Assembly: GCA_977020255.1 (NCBI GenBank)
Contig: CDROCS010000851.1
Location: forward strand, 434,001-498,000
DNA: 64,000 bases
Direction: 5' to 3'
Origin: Obrimoposthia wandeli
Taxonomy: Eukaryota
The translations under genes and the position numbers were made by a program. Position 1 is the stretch's first letter, and every line of letters begins with the position of its first letter. This document shows, piece after piece, positions 45,868 to 60,016 of this stretch. The notes under the pieces were generated by a model, which was not told where the DNA came from, made no database searches, and worked only from the letters and a program-made list of their open reading frames with translations.

Positions 45868-48800
45868 CTGTATGCACGACACTCTTGTTATTTGCCCTTA
45901 TATTAATATAGACCTATGAAATTTATTATTGAATATTCTACGTTGCATAATGACATACTGTCCTCAAACTGTTAAAAAAGCATCAAATGTCAATTTGTGT
46001 TCGGTCAACACACACCAATATGAATAAGCTTTGTAATTTCACGGGAAGACAAGCTCTTTTAGAAAGTTTCTCTTAGATCATTGCATGACTATGAACTAGC
46101 GATGCCAGATATGATTTAAACCTCATCAAAAAATTCTGATTTGTTAATTCGGCTTATCATATTATTGGGAAACATGGAAGAGCAAAGATAACTTATTTAT
46201 TTAGAGCTACTGAATGAGAAATGTTGCTGAACAAAATTCAATGTCAACAGTAGCTCGACTATAGTGCATTCATCTTGGGTAACAAAATGCTTTTCGTTTT
46301 ATTTTTTTCTGTATTTCCTGGTGGGGCTCAACAATTTTTTACGAATCACACCTTCAGAATGAATAATCACAGCTCGTTTGCCCATGTTGCTCAACATGAT
46401 ATCATTTTTGCAAGTTATTAACTGACTCTAATTTTCACATCGTAGAGACAAAACCCAACTGTGGTCGAATTAAGTATATTTCATTGTATGGTTAAAAGCC
46501 TGTAAATTGATAAATAAATTCTTTAAAATATTTTTCAATTTCTTACTTACTTGTAAATTTGTCAAAAATTAATCAGTAAATTATTTTTCAAAAATCAAAA
46601 TATTACATCAACTTATAGTACTAATATTAATAAGTAAACTAACAATATATATTATACACAATTCAATCACAAATAATTTTAAATCAAAATAATTCTAATT
46701 TTAAGAAAAGACTTACAAGGGAAGTTATCGAAGATTTGTATCATATTTTAAAAATTTTATTCACTATAATCACTATTTTAAAATATATGTTTATATTGAT
46801 ATATTAGTTATTTGTAATAATTTTAACTTCATTTTTAAAATTAAAGTTAATTAATAAACTTTCGATTACCTAAAAGTATTAAGTATAATTATTTCAACAT
46901 CAACAATTTTTGAGGATTTTTATAATCTGATTCAAAATTTTAGTACCACTTAATATTTTGCATTTAATCGCTTCCTTTTATATAGAATATTTTAAAGTCT
47001 TTTTGAAATATTTAGTTAGGTTTTGTATATATTGTAATGTTAATACTGAATGATTATGACGATGGTATCTATGAAAAGAAAACCTGAAATAAAAAGAATT
47101 AAATTTTAAATAAAAAATAATTTATATCGATTTTGAAATCTATATGATCTAGTTGCTTGTCAGAAGTTTATTTCTATTGAGAGGTTGTCAGAAATTTGAA
47201 TAAAGAAATCAATTGCCTACAAGTCTTCTTATTTGAAAATTAAAGAAAAGTACCAGCAAAAGTGAACATGTAATGAAGCTCCATTGACAGCCGAGCAATG
47301 CCAGAATTGAATTCAATATACTGATTATTATCAAAAAATGCTTTTACTCACAAACGCCCAAATATTTATAGGACTTAAACTGACATTGTCGAATTCTCTG
47401 TCTAACAAACCAGCTGTAAAACATCTGTTGATTCACATCCAACATTAGTCAGATTAACTTACCGAGAAATTGTGCGGAAATTTTCAACAAGTGGCATATA
47501 TACAAATATAAAACATCACTTTAAAGGGTGGATAGTTTTTTAGACCAATCTGAATTACGAGCAGCTATTTCTACTGTTAAGCTGTTTGCCAAAAACCCAC
47601 TTAATAGAACAAATATTTGCAGATAGAACAGTGCAAAGCAGAGCTTGTCAACAAAACAGCCTGCACCAGTCGCTACGAATCTAAATGTAATTCGAACACC
47701 GTTTCAGTGAATCGAAGAAAACCATGGGTATTGTTGACTGAACCACTGTTATTTGTTGTAGGTGGTTATTTATAAATCGAGTGGCTAGATACACACGGTG
47801 TCAGATACAAATAAAGTACATCAGCACAATGGAGTGGATCGACCAAGGAAGCAGACAATTTGTAGTGGGTGTGTTGCAGAGAGTTTACCTAGCATTCATT
47901 GCAAACCTCAACATCACCATTGTCGTCGTCATGGTACAACAGGCGGAAATCGTTGTTCCCTCAAGTCGAGCTTCGTAATCTGTAATTCGTGCATAAGTGT
48001 AAACATAAAATCCACACACAAGCACAATAATGATACTAATAATGATAACATACGAGTATTTTGTGCTATTGTTCAATCCTTTTGCATTTAGATAACTTAC
48101 AAGAGTTATTTAATTACGTTTTGGTCAGTTAAAAATGGAACGACATCACTTAAATTCAGGCAATAGTTAGAAAATTAACTTTTATTTCTGATGCATGTAA
48201 TTGTTGTCATTTCTATTTGACCTCATTTATTCGGTAAACGCCGCAGAACAGATTGAGAAAATGCATCAATTATCGGCTTCGAGGTTAACATAAACCAGCT
48301 GTTATAAATGTATAACGTTGCCTCTGAATCTCTGATATTGCACTTTGAACAAGTAAATAACTTCAGCGGGATGTAGTAACTTTCTTTTCAGTGATTCCAA
48401 TTTCTGAATTAGCTCACACAAATTTGTTTTTTGAACATGTTCTTCATTTTGTTGTTGGAATGGAAAATTGACAGAGAAAAAATTAATACGCAATTCTAAT
48501 GAGACCGAATTCATATAAGAGATGTGGCTAATTTCTTCATTATTGAAAATTTTGTTGGTTTACAATGTCCGATGTTCTTATTAAAGTATTCGTAGGTATA
48601 TTACGTCAACATTAAAATCAAAAGATTTGCATACATAGTGTTGTGAAGCGACTGTTGTCCGATACTGAATTGTAAATAACTTGTGATATGAGAAAGACAA
48701 TTTAGGTAAGCTAGAAAAATGATCTACGTCATGAAATCATATGGTAATCGAATCGATATTCTGTAGATATTATACATCAAATCGAGAAACTTTTATATTT

Positions 48801-50462
48801 GCTTTGGAAAGATGGTCTTACACCTCGCACTAGAGCTTCGAAGGTAAATAAGTGTATTGGTGTAAAACCAATATCTGTCAAAGATGGGTGAGTAATTTTA
48901 AAGAATTAATGTTGAGGTAAAGGATACCAATCACCATGGAAGGCCGATTTACAAGAAGATATTTGTGCAACGCCTAGAAACATTGGTGCTCACTTAGAGT
49001 GTGTAAAAAACAATTAACAACCATTTAAAAGCAATAGCTGGTTGATTGAACGAACATGACAATACAGAAATAGTAGTAATTTAATCGCTAGCAATCGTGA
49101 TAACAATTTTCTTGTTCAGCTCAAAGCTATATATAATATGTGGCTATACTAGTCTTCTTCTGGGGACTCTAAATGTATTATCTAGGTGGAAATACTACCA
49201 AAGGGCCAATTGATAAACTATTGATATCTTTAAAAAAGAAAGCGTAGGATCATCACACATCCAGACCAACTGTTATAAGTTGCACAATCCTGGCTTCAAA
49301 GTTTTTCCTCGATCAATTTAGTTGTTTTCTTATGCTTTCTTAATGATGAAGTGTTGTATTCGTGGAAAGACTTTTGATAATGAAACAGAAATTCTGAATA
49401 CCGAATTTCACTGCACTGAAAAATCGTTTTTTTATATCGAGGTTCGTTATATCTAGGCTTTACAAAGCTTTAAACACAAACGAGGAATTGAAGATTTGAA
49501 CTAAATGTTTTCAAACAATAATCAAAAGTAGGAAAATGTCCTCCATTTTCTGCTTTGTTAATATTCAAATATTTTCCACAACAAAAAATGATAATGTATT
49601 CATGTTTCTTGTTTTCTTTGCAAATTCTTATTAGAAAATCAGATTTTTCTAATTTAGCGATTTGGAAAGTTTTCATTCAGAAATTACTTGACGAATTTCC
49701 CAGTTATGTTGGAATATTGAGTTTCCAAAACGTCTGATTCTCTTGAGTAAAGGTATGAAATACGTAATTCGCGTGAAATTCTAGTCCGTAACATTATTAT
49801 AAATTAAAAACTATCCGATGGCTTTGTTTGAAAATAAGCTCCAATCGCTAGGCTATGTAAGAAAAAGTATACGTCAGAAATGTAAAAGATGCCGACAAAA
49901 ATAGAATCAAAACATTATATATCTACTAAATTTTGAAAGTAAGCTTTTGTTGCTTTACAATTTTAATATATGGTGTTTTTTAGTTAAGTAGAATGAGTGA
50001 ATATGATTTTTTATAAAAGTCAACTCTATTGTTTTGACGCTTTTTTCGCAAATGGAGAGAAAGTATGTGTGGATTTCGATGTTTAAATCACATGTGCTTT
50101 ATAAAGTTATATTAATCACTGGGAGTTTATTCCAATTTTATAAAAACGAGCTATTTTGTTCTTGCATTCTTGTAATAACAGTTTATCGAAATTTCTTTTC
50201 ACATATTATAATAGATTAAATCTACAGAAAATCTCAGAAAATCAGATGGTGACAAAAAGAAGCTGTTGTTCTACATGTGTGTGAAAATCCATCACACCAA
50301 TCCGATGTTATTAGAAAAATTGGATAGTGCAGAGTATTTTAAACAAAGAACACTGTCATCCAACAACTTAACCCGCAATTTATTTTTGGTGCCGACAATA
50401 GACTATCTAATTTTTGTGAAGAAATGCGGTGAAAAAGATTCAATCTATGGCATGCTGTAGAT

Positions 50463-52514
50463 CAGGGGTTCTTAGCCTTTTTGGAGTCGTTGACCCCTTT
50501 AATAATCTGGTGTAAGCTGTGGACTCCCTCCTGAGAATAAAAACTCATACAACGAAGCATTTTAGAAAAAGGTTTTGAAATGCTAAATATGGCTAGAAGA
50601 TTACAAAAGATATTAAAAAACTTCAAAAAACAAATTTGTAATTTAAGATTGCATATTTAATTAAGAATTATTAAATTTTAAAGAATACAAAATTTTAATA
50701 TTAGATTTTGTGAAGGCAGTTGTTGCTTATCCTTAATTAGAAAATCCAAATGTTGAATTGTTTTCGACAAGGAATCACGCATGTCATGTTGGACATCCAG
50801 ACGACTTCTATTTTTGGCCTTGATTGTTACCAATGCAGAAAATCCCGCTTCGCAGAGATACACCGCGACAAAATGAATTCTGATTCCCATATCGGCTTTA
50901 TAAGGCTACTTTTAAGGAAGACCAGATGTCTCCAAGTGTTTTTGAGTAAAACTCGATAATGCAGCAAGACTTTTGTTCTGAGATCGATGAGTTCATCTTT
51001 GGTGAGGTCGACATCACAAATACAGTATATATCTGAAATAAAAAGACTGCAAAATCATGGCTCAATTTTAATTCCATATAGATAAAAAATAATTTTGAAC
51101 GAGGTTTAAAGAGTTTCCAGTTCACAGATTGCATTTTTCAAAGTAATCGGCAGATAATTTTGGTTTTGACATCCATTTTCATCAAGCATTTGAAAGTTTG
51201 ATAAGATTCCGGTGTCAACACTTTTTTCCAAAATGGCAGTTTAGACAATAAAGCTTGTAATTATTCGGTTGCGTCCATAAGGGTGACATAGGGTCCATGA
51301 ATCGAAAGATTTACATAATCTGTGCAAAGTGAATGAAGTTTTTAAACACTCATTGTCGTGTTCACCTTTGTAGTTTCAAAGCGAGACTCACAAAATATCA
51401 ATTCCACTTTGATGGCATTTACATGAACATAGCGAATAATACAGGAAGTCGGCTCCAGTTCGAGATGTCTCTAGATTCATCCAGTTGAATACTGAAGCGA
51501 AATTGTGATAGTTTCAATTCATTGATGACTTAATTCAAGACATTGCAGGAAATATCAACTGTTCTTGAACGTAACACATCATTTGAAAGTGGAACAGCTT
51601 CAAAATTTACCCAGTTCCAGACCACAAACCAACTGCATCATTTCAAGTTTTGAAGTGTTCCAGATTTTGCCAATTGAGCTTTCTTCACATGAAAAAATCT
51701 GGGTCTTCAGGCTTGAGATGCTCTATCAGTTTTGTTGCTTTCATACATCCGTTGGCTAGAAAATATTATGGCTTTTCTCTGCCGTCGCGTTCCTCCATGC
51801 AGCAGAAGCCATTCAACACGTAATTTCCATCATGCCTCCTTTGTTAGATGGTTGGAATTAAAATGGCATGCAAAAAATCACATATTCCCAGCTGCATTTT
51901 GTTATGAAATCACATAACGTTAAGAATTCAAATTTAAATTGATCAGAACTAGAGTATACAAAAATATACAGAATATCGCTAATTAATCACTTACAGTCAC
52001 AATTTACTAAGTACTTTACAGTGGTCGAATTATCAATGATTTGAAATATAAAAATACTTGTAAATAGGTTGAAATTTTTATTTGATCAAAATGTTTACAC
52101 GTTTTTTATTTAACGCGCATTAATTTAACTTTCAAATAAAAAGTCTACATTTCTAGCATGAGTTAGTTCTTCGACTAAGATTCTGTTTTAAGTCAACGGA
52201 CCCCTGATGGAGATGAAGCCTTATTTAAAAATATGTAAACAAACCCCAATATAAAAGTAAGCATCTGATTTGTTGTAGCGAGTCACAAAGAAATTCCCTT
52301 TACACAGTAAAAATACCTCAAAATCACCGTAGCATAAAGCGCTAAGATTTCAAAGTTCAATTTGTTTAATATTCAAGAAAGATAAACTTAAAACTAAATA
52401 TCTGATATTGTGTGCTATAACAATCAACAGGTTGTGTAATACAATTGCATTTGATATAAATAGAAATATCTATGCTAATTTAAAGTCAAAACCTTTCACA
52501 TCTAAGAACCCCAC
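50463..52514 (-). mobile_element. Buster/Charlie-type hAT remnant with decayed transposase
   Basis: CAGGGGTTCTTAG terminus after CTGTAGAT; YLCEAGFSALVTIKAKNRSRLDVQHDMR; partial opposite TIR at 52502-52512; no right TSD. Confidence 0.75.
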
Positions 52515-53129
52515 GACCCACAATACCCGAAGAATTGTGCAAAAATATACACTTTTCCTATTGAAGTAAAGCATTGTTAATAAAGAAAATGCAAAGTTCA
52601 TTTGGATCGAAAATTGATTACAGATATGCTGAGCTACTTTTCCTTGATCTGCAATATAGATCAGATGATATCCCGCTTGCTGAAGGGTTACAACCTTATT
52701 TTTATGTAAACTTTATTATTATAAAGAATAACTATAAACTAGCGATTTAATCTGTTTTCTAAATAAAATATTATAGCAAAAATTTAAATAGTTTTTAACG
52801 ACTATTTTCTCGTTAATATTAATCATTTGCAACAGTTACTAAAAATTTCTTTATTAGAAATCAGTATGGCTTTTTTCCGCTCTATAATTTAGGCTTTAAA
52901 ATTGAAATCAAACTAAATTATACAATGTCATAGTGTCTCAGTTAGGTTTAATGTACAATTTTGATAAATTAAAATACATAAATTTACATTTTCCATTTTA
53001 AGTGTATTTAATTCAAATAATGCTCAAAAGAAATGAAAAATTGTGATTTTGTGAAAATACGCCAATTACAAATATAATCAAACCTGTTCAATATGAACAT
53101 CACTGTACCAATTTTTACTTATATTCATG

Positions 53130-54410
53130 CGCCATAGTAAAAATCAAAGATGTCGACAAGAATCCACTTTTATTCAACTTTCCAAAAACTACAATTATTC
53201 CGAACATTTAAACAATAAATTATCACAGGCCCCCGTGATGTTATATGAGAGCATTCTTCGTAGTCTAACAGGTACGCTCGTCTTCTCCTCACTTCTCCAG
53301 ATCTTGGAGCTAAAACGTCTGCGTCTACTGCTTGCTCGTTCCATGGTCCCACAAAATTATAATTCTCGTTCGTTTTTTCGATAACCTCTGTCACAGTCAT
53401 TATATGGGAGACTTGTCAATGTTGTCGATATCTATGTTGATCGATGAATTTGTCTCTGTCACTGTTCCTAGCTGCCACTGGCTTGTGCATCTTCCATTTG
53501 TTGGCTTGACGTAGACGTGAGAGGCTTCAATCGCTTGATTATGATCTTGAAGCAACTCCTTCCTCTAGATACATTCTCTTTTCTAGTGCAGCGATGATGG
53601 AACCGTAGCACTATCTTGCTTGATTTTGAAGTGGTGTTATAAAATTAAACCATTTCAATTGGATTTCTACTTGTCCGCGCCTACATTCTCTTGATTGTCT
53701 ATGGTTTCGATCTACTATCCAATTTCGTTGAAGGCGATACGCACACTTAAAAAGTAGGCGCACCCCAGTATTTGAAAAATTCTAAAAACACGCATGAACG
53801 AAAGCTTCCTGAATTGTCACATATTTGTACTGTTCTTCTTTCTAAGAAAATTTATCGCATAACATTCAATATATTCCCAGCCTCTTTATTCGGTATATTT
53901 TTCCAAATTGCAAAACGGCTATGACTGCTGTCCACAATTGTTAAATACAATGAATCCCAATAACATCGATTGCAAACAGAGACCATTCATCATCAACACT
54001 TAAACGCCCTTTCTCCCGAGATATCGGATTGGGATCGATAGATTTACATTTATGGCTACTTTGAATTACATTACTTATTTCTTTATCCTCGATTTCTGGC
54101 TCCGATATCTTTATTAAATATGCTGTCCTATCAAAGCCTATCTAAGCCTTATTTCATTTCTAGTCATTCCAACTGCTCCAACTGTCGTGTTATTTAACCA
54201 GACTCTCAATACTCTGGTGAGTATATCTGCTATGATCTTTTCCGATCTTACAAACGTTACTGAAATATTAATGTTTATTCCTTCTTGGATGTTTATTATG
54301 ATACCTAGCGTATCTTTATTAGTAATTTTGAACTACATCGAGTATGAACTTTACTTTCTCCAGTCAGTGTCGCTTAAATCCACCAAAAGACCGTTTGTGA
54401 GTGTGTCATG
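53130..54410 (-). pseudogene. Gypsy LTR retrotransposon pol remnant (RNase H end and integrase)
   Basis: IADILTRV..WL; FRSCVFLEFFKYWG..TIKRM; YVKPTNGRCTSQW; many stops. Confidence 0.6.
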
Positions 54411-55125
54411 ATAAGGTCAAACATGGAAAATCATCATCACAATCAATCTTTAATTTTTCAATTTATGCGTTTTTAAGAAGATTAGGTCCTTCTTATAATC
54501 TTTTAATGTCTTTATAGTACCTTGATCAAGATGTTAAATAAGAGAATACATATGTAGTGAGAGTAAAAATATTTCAATGTTGTTCATTTAAAAAAACCTT
54601 GGGGTGAACAAAATTTCATGACTTGCTTTGTCTTTTTAGAAATGGTTTATGTTCATTTTAAAGAAAAGACCGGAAAAGACTGGAAAAAACATTTCATTCA
54701 CGACTCTTGATTCAGAAATAATTCAGTTGCATGATATCATCTTTAAAAAGAAATAAATTAAGCCAGCAGTTAATATTTTAAAATTATAATTTCAATTTTA
54801 ACGCATGTTATTGTAATATAATGCCACAGATACTTATATTTCTTGTTCTTTGAATCTGAAACCATTCATAATGATGCACAACCAAGTTCATATCCAATAC
54901 AATTATGTAATTTTCTTTTCTGATCAATATTGTATTGCGTTCATATTGTAAATTTACATTTTCATGATATGCTTATTATATTTCAATAACTTTACTCTGA
55001 TGTTCATATTGAGCTGTATTGAACAGGTTTGACTGCCAATGAATAACTGGTATTGCTAACGACAGTTTGAACCTCTGCATGACTAGTCACTTCTAATTTA
55101 TTTACAAAGATTTTTGTGAACTAAC

Positions 55126-55298
55126 CTTGGTGCCAGTCAGAGCCGACTTGTAGAGGAATTGAAATTTGAGATCTCCGTAAAGAGGAAAGTTCATCATCTC
55201 GAGGAATACCACAGTTCGAGACGTCTTTGTGACTCTGTGAACACCGCTGCGATACAGTCGGGCATTGGAATCGATCTTGTAAATGCAGAACTCCAGAT
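55126..55298 (-). CDS. PTEN: PTEN C2 exon (DLEFCIYK...FPLYGDLKFQFLYK..GTK)
   Basis: Matches PLPVCGDIKVEFFHK; phase 1 to 0; AG/GTTAGT. Confidence 0.88.
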
Positions 55299-55860
55299 CT
55301 GGGAAATGATGCAAACAGTTTCTCTGTCAATGGCGGTTTGTGTTGGTATGATAATTACGATAAGATCTCTCCAATCTGGACAGCTGTCATATTCCCATTT
55401 TCCGTCATTGGCTGTTATGACCCCTTCATATTTACTACTAAAGTGAGTGTTTGGTTTCCTATAGATTTTTTATCTCACTTTGTATACAAAAAGGTAATCA
55501 ATTTTATATCTGTATATATCTGTATATCTGTAAAGAGGAAAGTTCATCATCTCGAGGAATACCACAGTTCGAGACGTCTTTGTGACTCTGTGAACACCGC
55601 TGCGATACAGTCGGGCATTGGAATCGATCTTGTAAATGCAGAACTCCAGATCTGGGAAATGATGCAAACAGTTTCTCTGTCAATGGCGGTTTGTGTTGGT
55701 ATGATAATTACGACAAGATCTCTCCAATCTGGACAGCTGTCATATTCCCATTTTCCGTCATTGGCTGTTATGACCCCTTCATATTTACTACTAAAGTGAG
55801 TGTTTGGTTTCCTATAGATTTTTTATCTCACTTTGTATACAAAAAGGTAATCAATTTTAT
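55177..55860. repeat. Tandem duplication, 2 x 331 bp with 22-bp filler (55508-55529)
   Basis: 55177-55507 vs 55530-55860, one substitution seen. Confidence 0.93.
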
Positions 55861-56029
55861 TGACAATTGCATGCGAAAAAACTATTTAATTTATACCAGT
55901 TTCATTTTTCATTAAGATATAACAGGTTTGGCAATTTGCAGCATTCATATACGGTGGTTTAAAAAGAGTGGTTGTAGCATAATTTAATTAATCTTTGATG
56001 TCAAATAATGAGATTGAACTCAAGCTCAC

Positions 56030-56300
56030 CACAGACTCCAAGAAGTGGCGCCACGTCCAGGGTGACCATTTGAAGCCACAGTGGTAGCGGCTCATAACGT
56101 AGTGCTGGGACAGAGACCGAAAGCGGCCCATGTCGATTGATGAGCGCGTCATAGTAGCGGATGTAGCGCACTTGGCTGGGAATTGTTACACCCTTGCCAT
56201 TTAGCGTACGAGAGCGACCGTAGTCAGTGAGGGCGGATCCTGCATCCCTGGACACGGCTAGTCGGAGAAGGCAACAGCAGACGACAACCCCGGTGCGACC
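56030..56300 (-). CDS. PTEN: PTEN exon (GRTGVVVC...GVTIPSQVRYIRYY)
   Basis: Second half of P-loop and the TI loop; AG/GTGAG. Confidence 0.95.
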
Positions 56301-58299
56301 CTGAGTAAATTAATAGGTTTGTGACGGATAAGTATAAATAATTAAGATAAGTAAAACATTCTTTGTGCTCCATTTGGGTTCGGCATGGATGATACGACAC
56401 ATATGTTACGATATAAGCTCTTAGGGATGAATTGTTAAGGAACAATTCTTCGAACAATCCGGAAGCTACGAGTATGCAAGATGAGTGAGTGTACAATTAA
56501 CATGCTGGTTGAGTATGTGATATAATATAGTAATAAAGGGAGTTGATGGATGTGAGAAAGATTAGTTAATGAGGTGATTGATATAATGAGAGCGTGACTG
56601 GATGAGTGAGTGTCAGTGACTGCTTAATGGAGTAAAAGTAAGTGTGAGTAATTACGAGAAAAGTAGCAAATATCTGTGAAAGTTAGAAAATAAATTGTTA
56701 TGAATTTTTTTTCAACAAAATGAATGAAACATTGTTTAAAACTTTCTATAGTAAAAATTATAAGTTATACCCATCAATTGAATTCAAGGTGCTACTTTTT
56801 ATCTCTTCCAAAAGCCGAAATAATTAAATAATCTTCAAGAGCCTGGTGCTGTGAACATGTATATGCATCTTAAGAGAAACGATGATGAAGATATTCTCAA
56901 ATAACAAACAGAATGATGGAATATTTTACATTTATGTTTTACATAAAAATCTGTAGCAATGCAAAAAAATCAAAAATGAGCTGAAAACAGAAAATATTTT
57001 GAAAAACAATCGATTTTTTAGATATTAGCGCTATATTAAATATACTATTTTTATAATAATCAACTTGAATAATTTATTAAAAATATTTTTCTTTGACTTT
57101 GTTAATATAGATTTCAAAAAAACGCTTAATATCTAAAAATATCATGACAAATTGTTAATGGGCAATTAGTTTTATCTGATTTTGTTATATTAAGCAAATA
57201 AATAACACATGACAACCATTGGTCAGTATTTCGGGATTTTTCGCTGTATAAGCTTCCCATTTTCTATATCACATGAAATCTGTTTGATACGAATACATAG
57301 TTAGATTTATTTGTTCAAGGAAGCATGGTAGTTTATATCTACAGTTAGACGTTCTGAAATTGCACTGTTTTTAGTCTATTTTAGATAACCATATTAATAA
57401 ACTATAAACAATGTATTAAGGTATACACTTATATTGAGATAAGGGTGTTTATTTTTAAAATCTGACAAGGATACAGGTAGACAAAAATGAAAAAATAAAG
57501 TCGTTTTAAATAAGGTAAGTATGTATTAATAGCAAATGCAGGTAGGATTATTATTCCCTTCAGCAGCACACATGTCGTCATCAACTTCACATATATCTAA
57601 GATTCAATACGCTCCAACTTGTCAGATGATAGTGCGTCCACACGACCTGGGATTATATCCACTGGTACACGGATGCTTTTAGCGTAAAGGCAATGTCATT
57701 GAGCAGCTGTATGTAGACTATTCGTAATTTGTTCTGTTTTTTATCGTCTTCTTCATATTTTAAAGCCAGAATAGTTGATCATTCACAAGGTTTCTAATTG
57801 TATGGATTCCTCTTTGATTGTGCGTTGTTCTTTAGCAATTTCGATAAGGTTCTGATATCTCTGCTCAGCCTTGTAGCTGTCATTTTGAAATTAATTTCCA
57901 CAGTGGAAGAATCACACCTATGTAACAGTGATTAACCTGGCTCTTCAATGTTCGGTTACTATCAATACTGATTTTGTCTTCTACATTTTTTGTAATTTTC
58001 TTTTCTCTTTTCGTTTCCGGATTTCGTAGACTTCTCCTTCTATCGGACTTTTTAGTTTCTGGTTTCTTCATTATCTCACTGATGATTAATTCAAGTCATG
58101 CTTGGTGTTTGTCATCTTGAATATTTGTATAATAGCCTGCATGTTGCAAGTAGGCATTTGACTATAAATTTATATAATTAATATTATATAAATTATTGAG
58201 CAAAAATTGCGCCGAAGTACTTTCTTTTTATAAAAAACTATCCTATTAACATTATAATTCATATTTAAAACATTCTCGTATACCGTTGCCCTTTGCATT

Positions 58300-58860
58300 A
58301 ATAAAATAATACAGGATCAACCCATGTTTTAGGCACAATGTGTTTCAATGAATTTTAGCAAATTTTTGGTTACTAAAATCCAAATTTGGCTTCAGTTTCT
58401 TTTCTATCACATCAGTTTTTTAGTTATAAAATCATTTTGTAATTTTTTAGAAAATGTTCTATTGTGATGAAACCATATATTTTCCATTGTGAACTAAAAT
58501 TCATTTCAAACTTATTTTAGAACTATCAATAAAAAGTCTCCACTTACTTGAATCGTGTGCAGGCAGTCCATTAATGCGATTAAGCTCTTCAACATTATTA
58601 CAATAAACAAGCTGATCATCTGGACGAAAGTACTTCTGCACACTAAGCATGTGAAAAATACACAAAAATAGTAAGTGGTTGCAAAACAAGATTATTTAAG
58701 ATCAGCATGAAAATTGCAAATAGAGGTGAAAAGAAATATTTTGTTTTAAAAAAGCGGTAGCATAAAATGTGATGTGATATATGAAATCTGAATTCAGATT
58801 TGGATTCACCACCACAAACCTAACCTACAGCCGCTCTAAGTGTCCATGTCAGGAAAGAAG
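58300..58860 (-). pseudogene. Chapaev3-like transposon remnant(s)
   Basis: LVYCNNVEEL..WRLFIDSSKISLK..LVHNGN; ETEAKFGF; terminal-like gatttggattcaccacc on +. Confidence 0.55.
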
Positions 58861-59554
58861 CAACATTGTTATTTAATCAAAAGTAAAAATATTATCTTAT
58901 TCATTCGAAAATTCCTAAGAAATATTTTACGAATTGTCCGGTATATCGAGGTAATGTTACAGAATAAAAAAGGTGTCTGATAAACTCTATATAAAAAAGG
59001 TGAGACAGATTAGTCACAAGTGTCCAAAATGGCAAGGAGTTCGGCAAAGTGAGGTTTCACTGTACTGTATTATTTTATCAACATACAACGTTCTAAGAGC
59101 TTATATTATCAATATCAATAAATTCTTACCTTGTACAGACTTATTTCATTATAATTCAATTAAATGCACATCACTCTTAAATTTAACGTTTAAAAATGAT
59201 AGTTACTCTTTTCATTTTTGTTGTTGTGAATTTATTAACATTTTTATTAGATTTTGAACTGAAATTACTTCTTTTTTATAGTTTAACCCTTTCAGGTCCT
59301 TTTGAAAAGTTTCAAAATTCTAGTTAAGTGAGAACAAATATTTTTATATGTAAAATGTATCGAATACAGAGATTTTCTCAATAAAATTTCAGTCAATTCT
59401 ATCATGTGAAGCAACTAAATATTGTATCAGGATGAATTAGTTGGATTCCCATTCATATTGCAATTGCAGAAATTCGATAGATCAAACTGACCATCTAAGA
59501 TACGTCCAGAAATACAGTTAGTGTAAAAGACAATAAAACAAACACTCAAATAAC

Positions 59555-59729
59555 CTTGCCAGCCTTACAGTTGATTGCAACCACATTGTCCGAGTCCCTA
59601 CCGAGAAACTCTGCAATGTCCTCAATACAGCTGATGAGAATCTTGAATTCGGGCGGGTTATGATCATCGAAGGGGTAGCGAGCAGTTTCACCCGTGAACT
59701 TCGACACATCAAATTCTCGCTCTCGGCAT
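59555..59729 (-). CDS. PTEN: PTEN exon (CREREFDVSKF..YPFDDHNPP..VVAINCKAGK)
   Basis: WPD-equivalent loop DDHNPP and first half of P-loop; upstream intron at the same phase-2 position as human PTEN. Confidence 0.95.
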
Positions 59730-60016
59730 CTGGCATTACCACGAACAATATTTATATTTCATCGTAAATGTGTTCGAAAAAAATCTCTAGTTAAGCTTTT
59801 AAGCTTAAGGGCATCGGCATCAATTGATCTGCGAGGGATTTTTATGACTGATAGATAATCTTATTAAGCTGCAAATTGATAATAATGAAAGAAATTAATA
59901 TAAAACACATTATCCATTGACAAGTGCGAAATCATCGCGAATTCGTTACACGATGGGGAAAATATGGGAACATGAATAAATTAATTGAATAATACTTCAA
60001 CATTAATAGTATAAAT

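Noticed and set aside
59283-59300. TTAA-CCCTTTCAGG piggyBac-like end
   Set aside because: No partner terminus or transposase found
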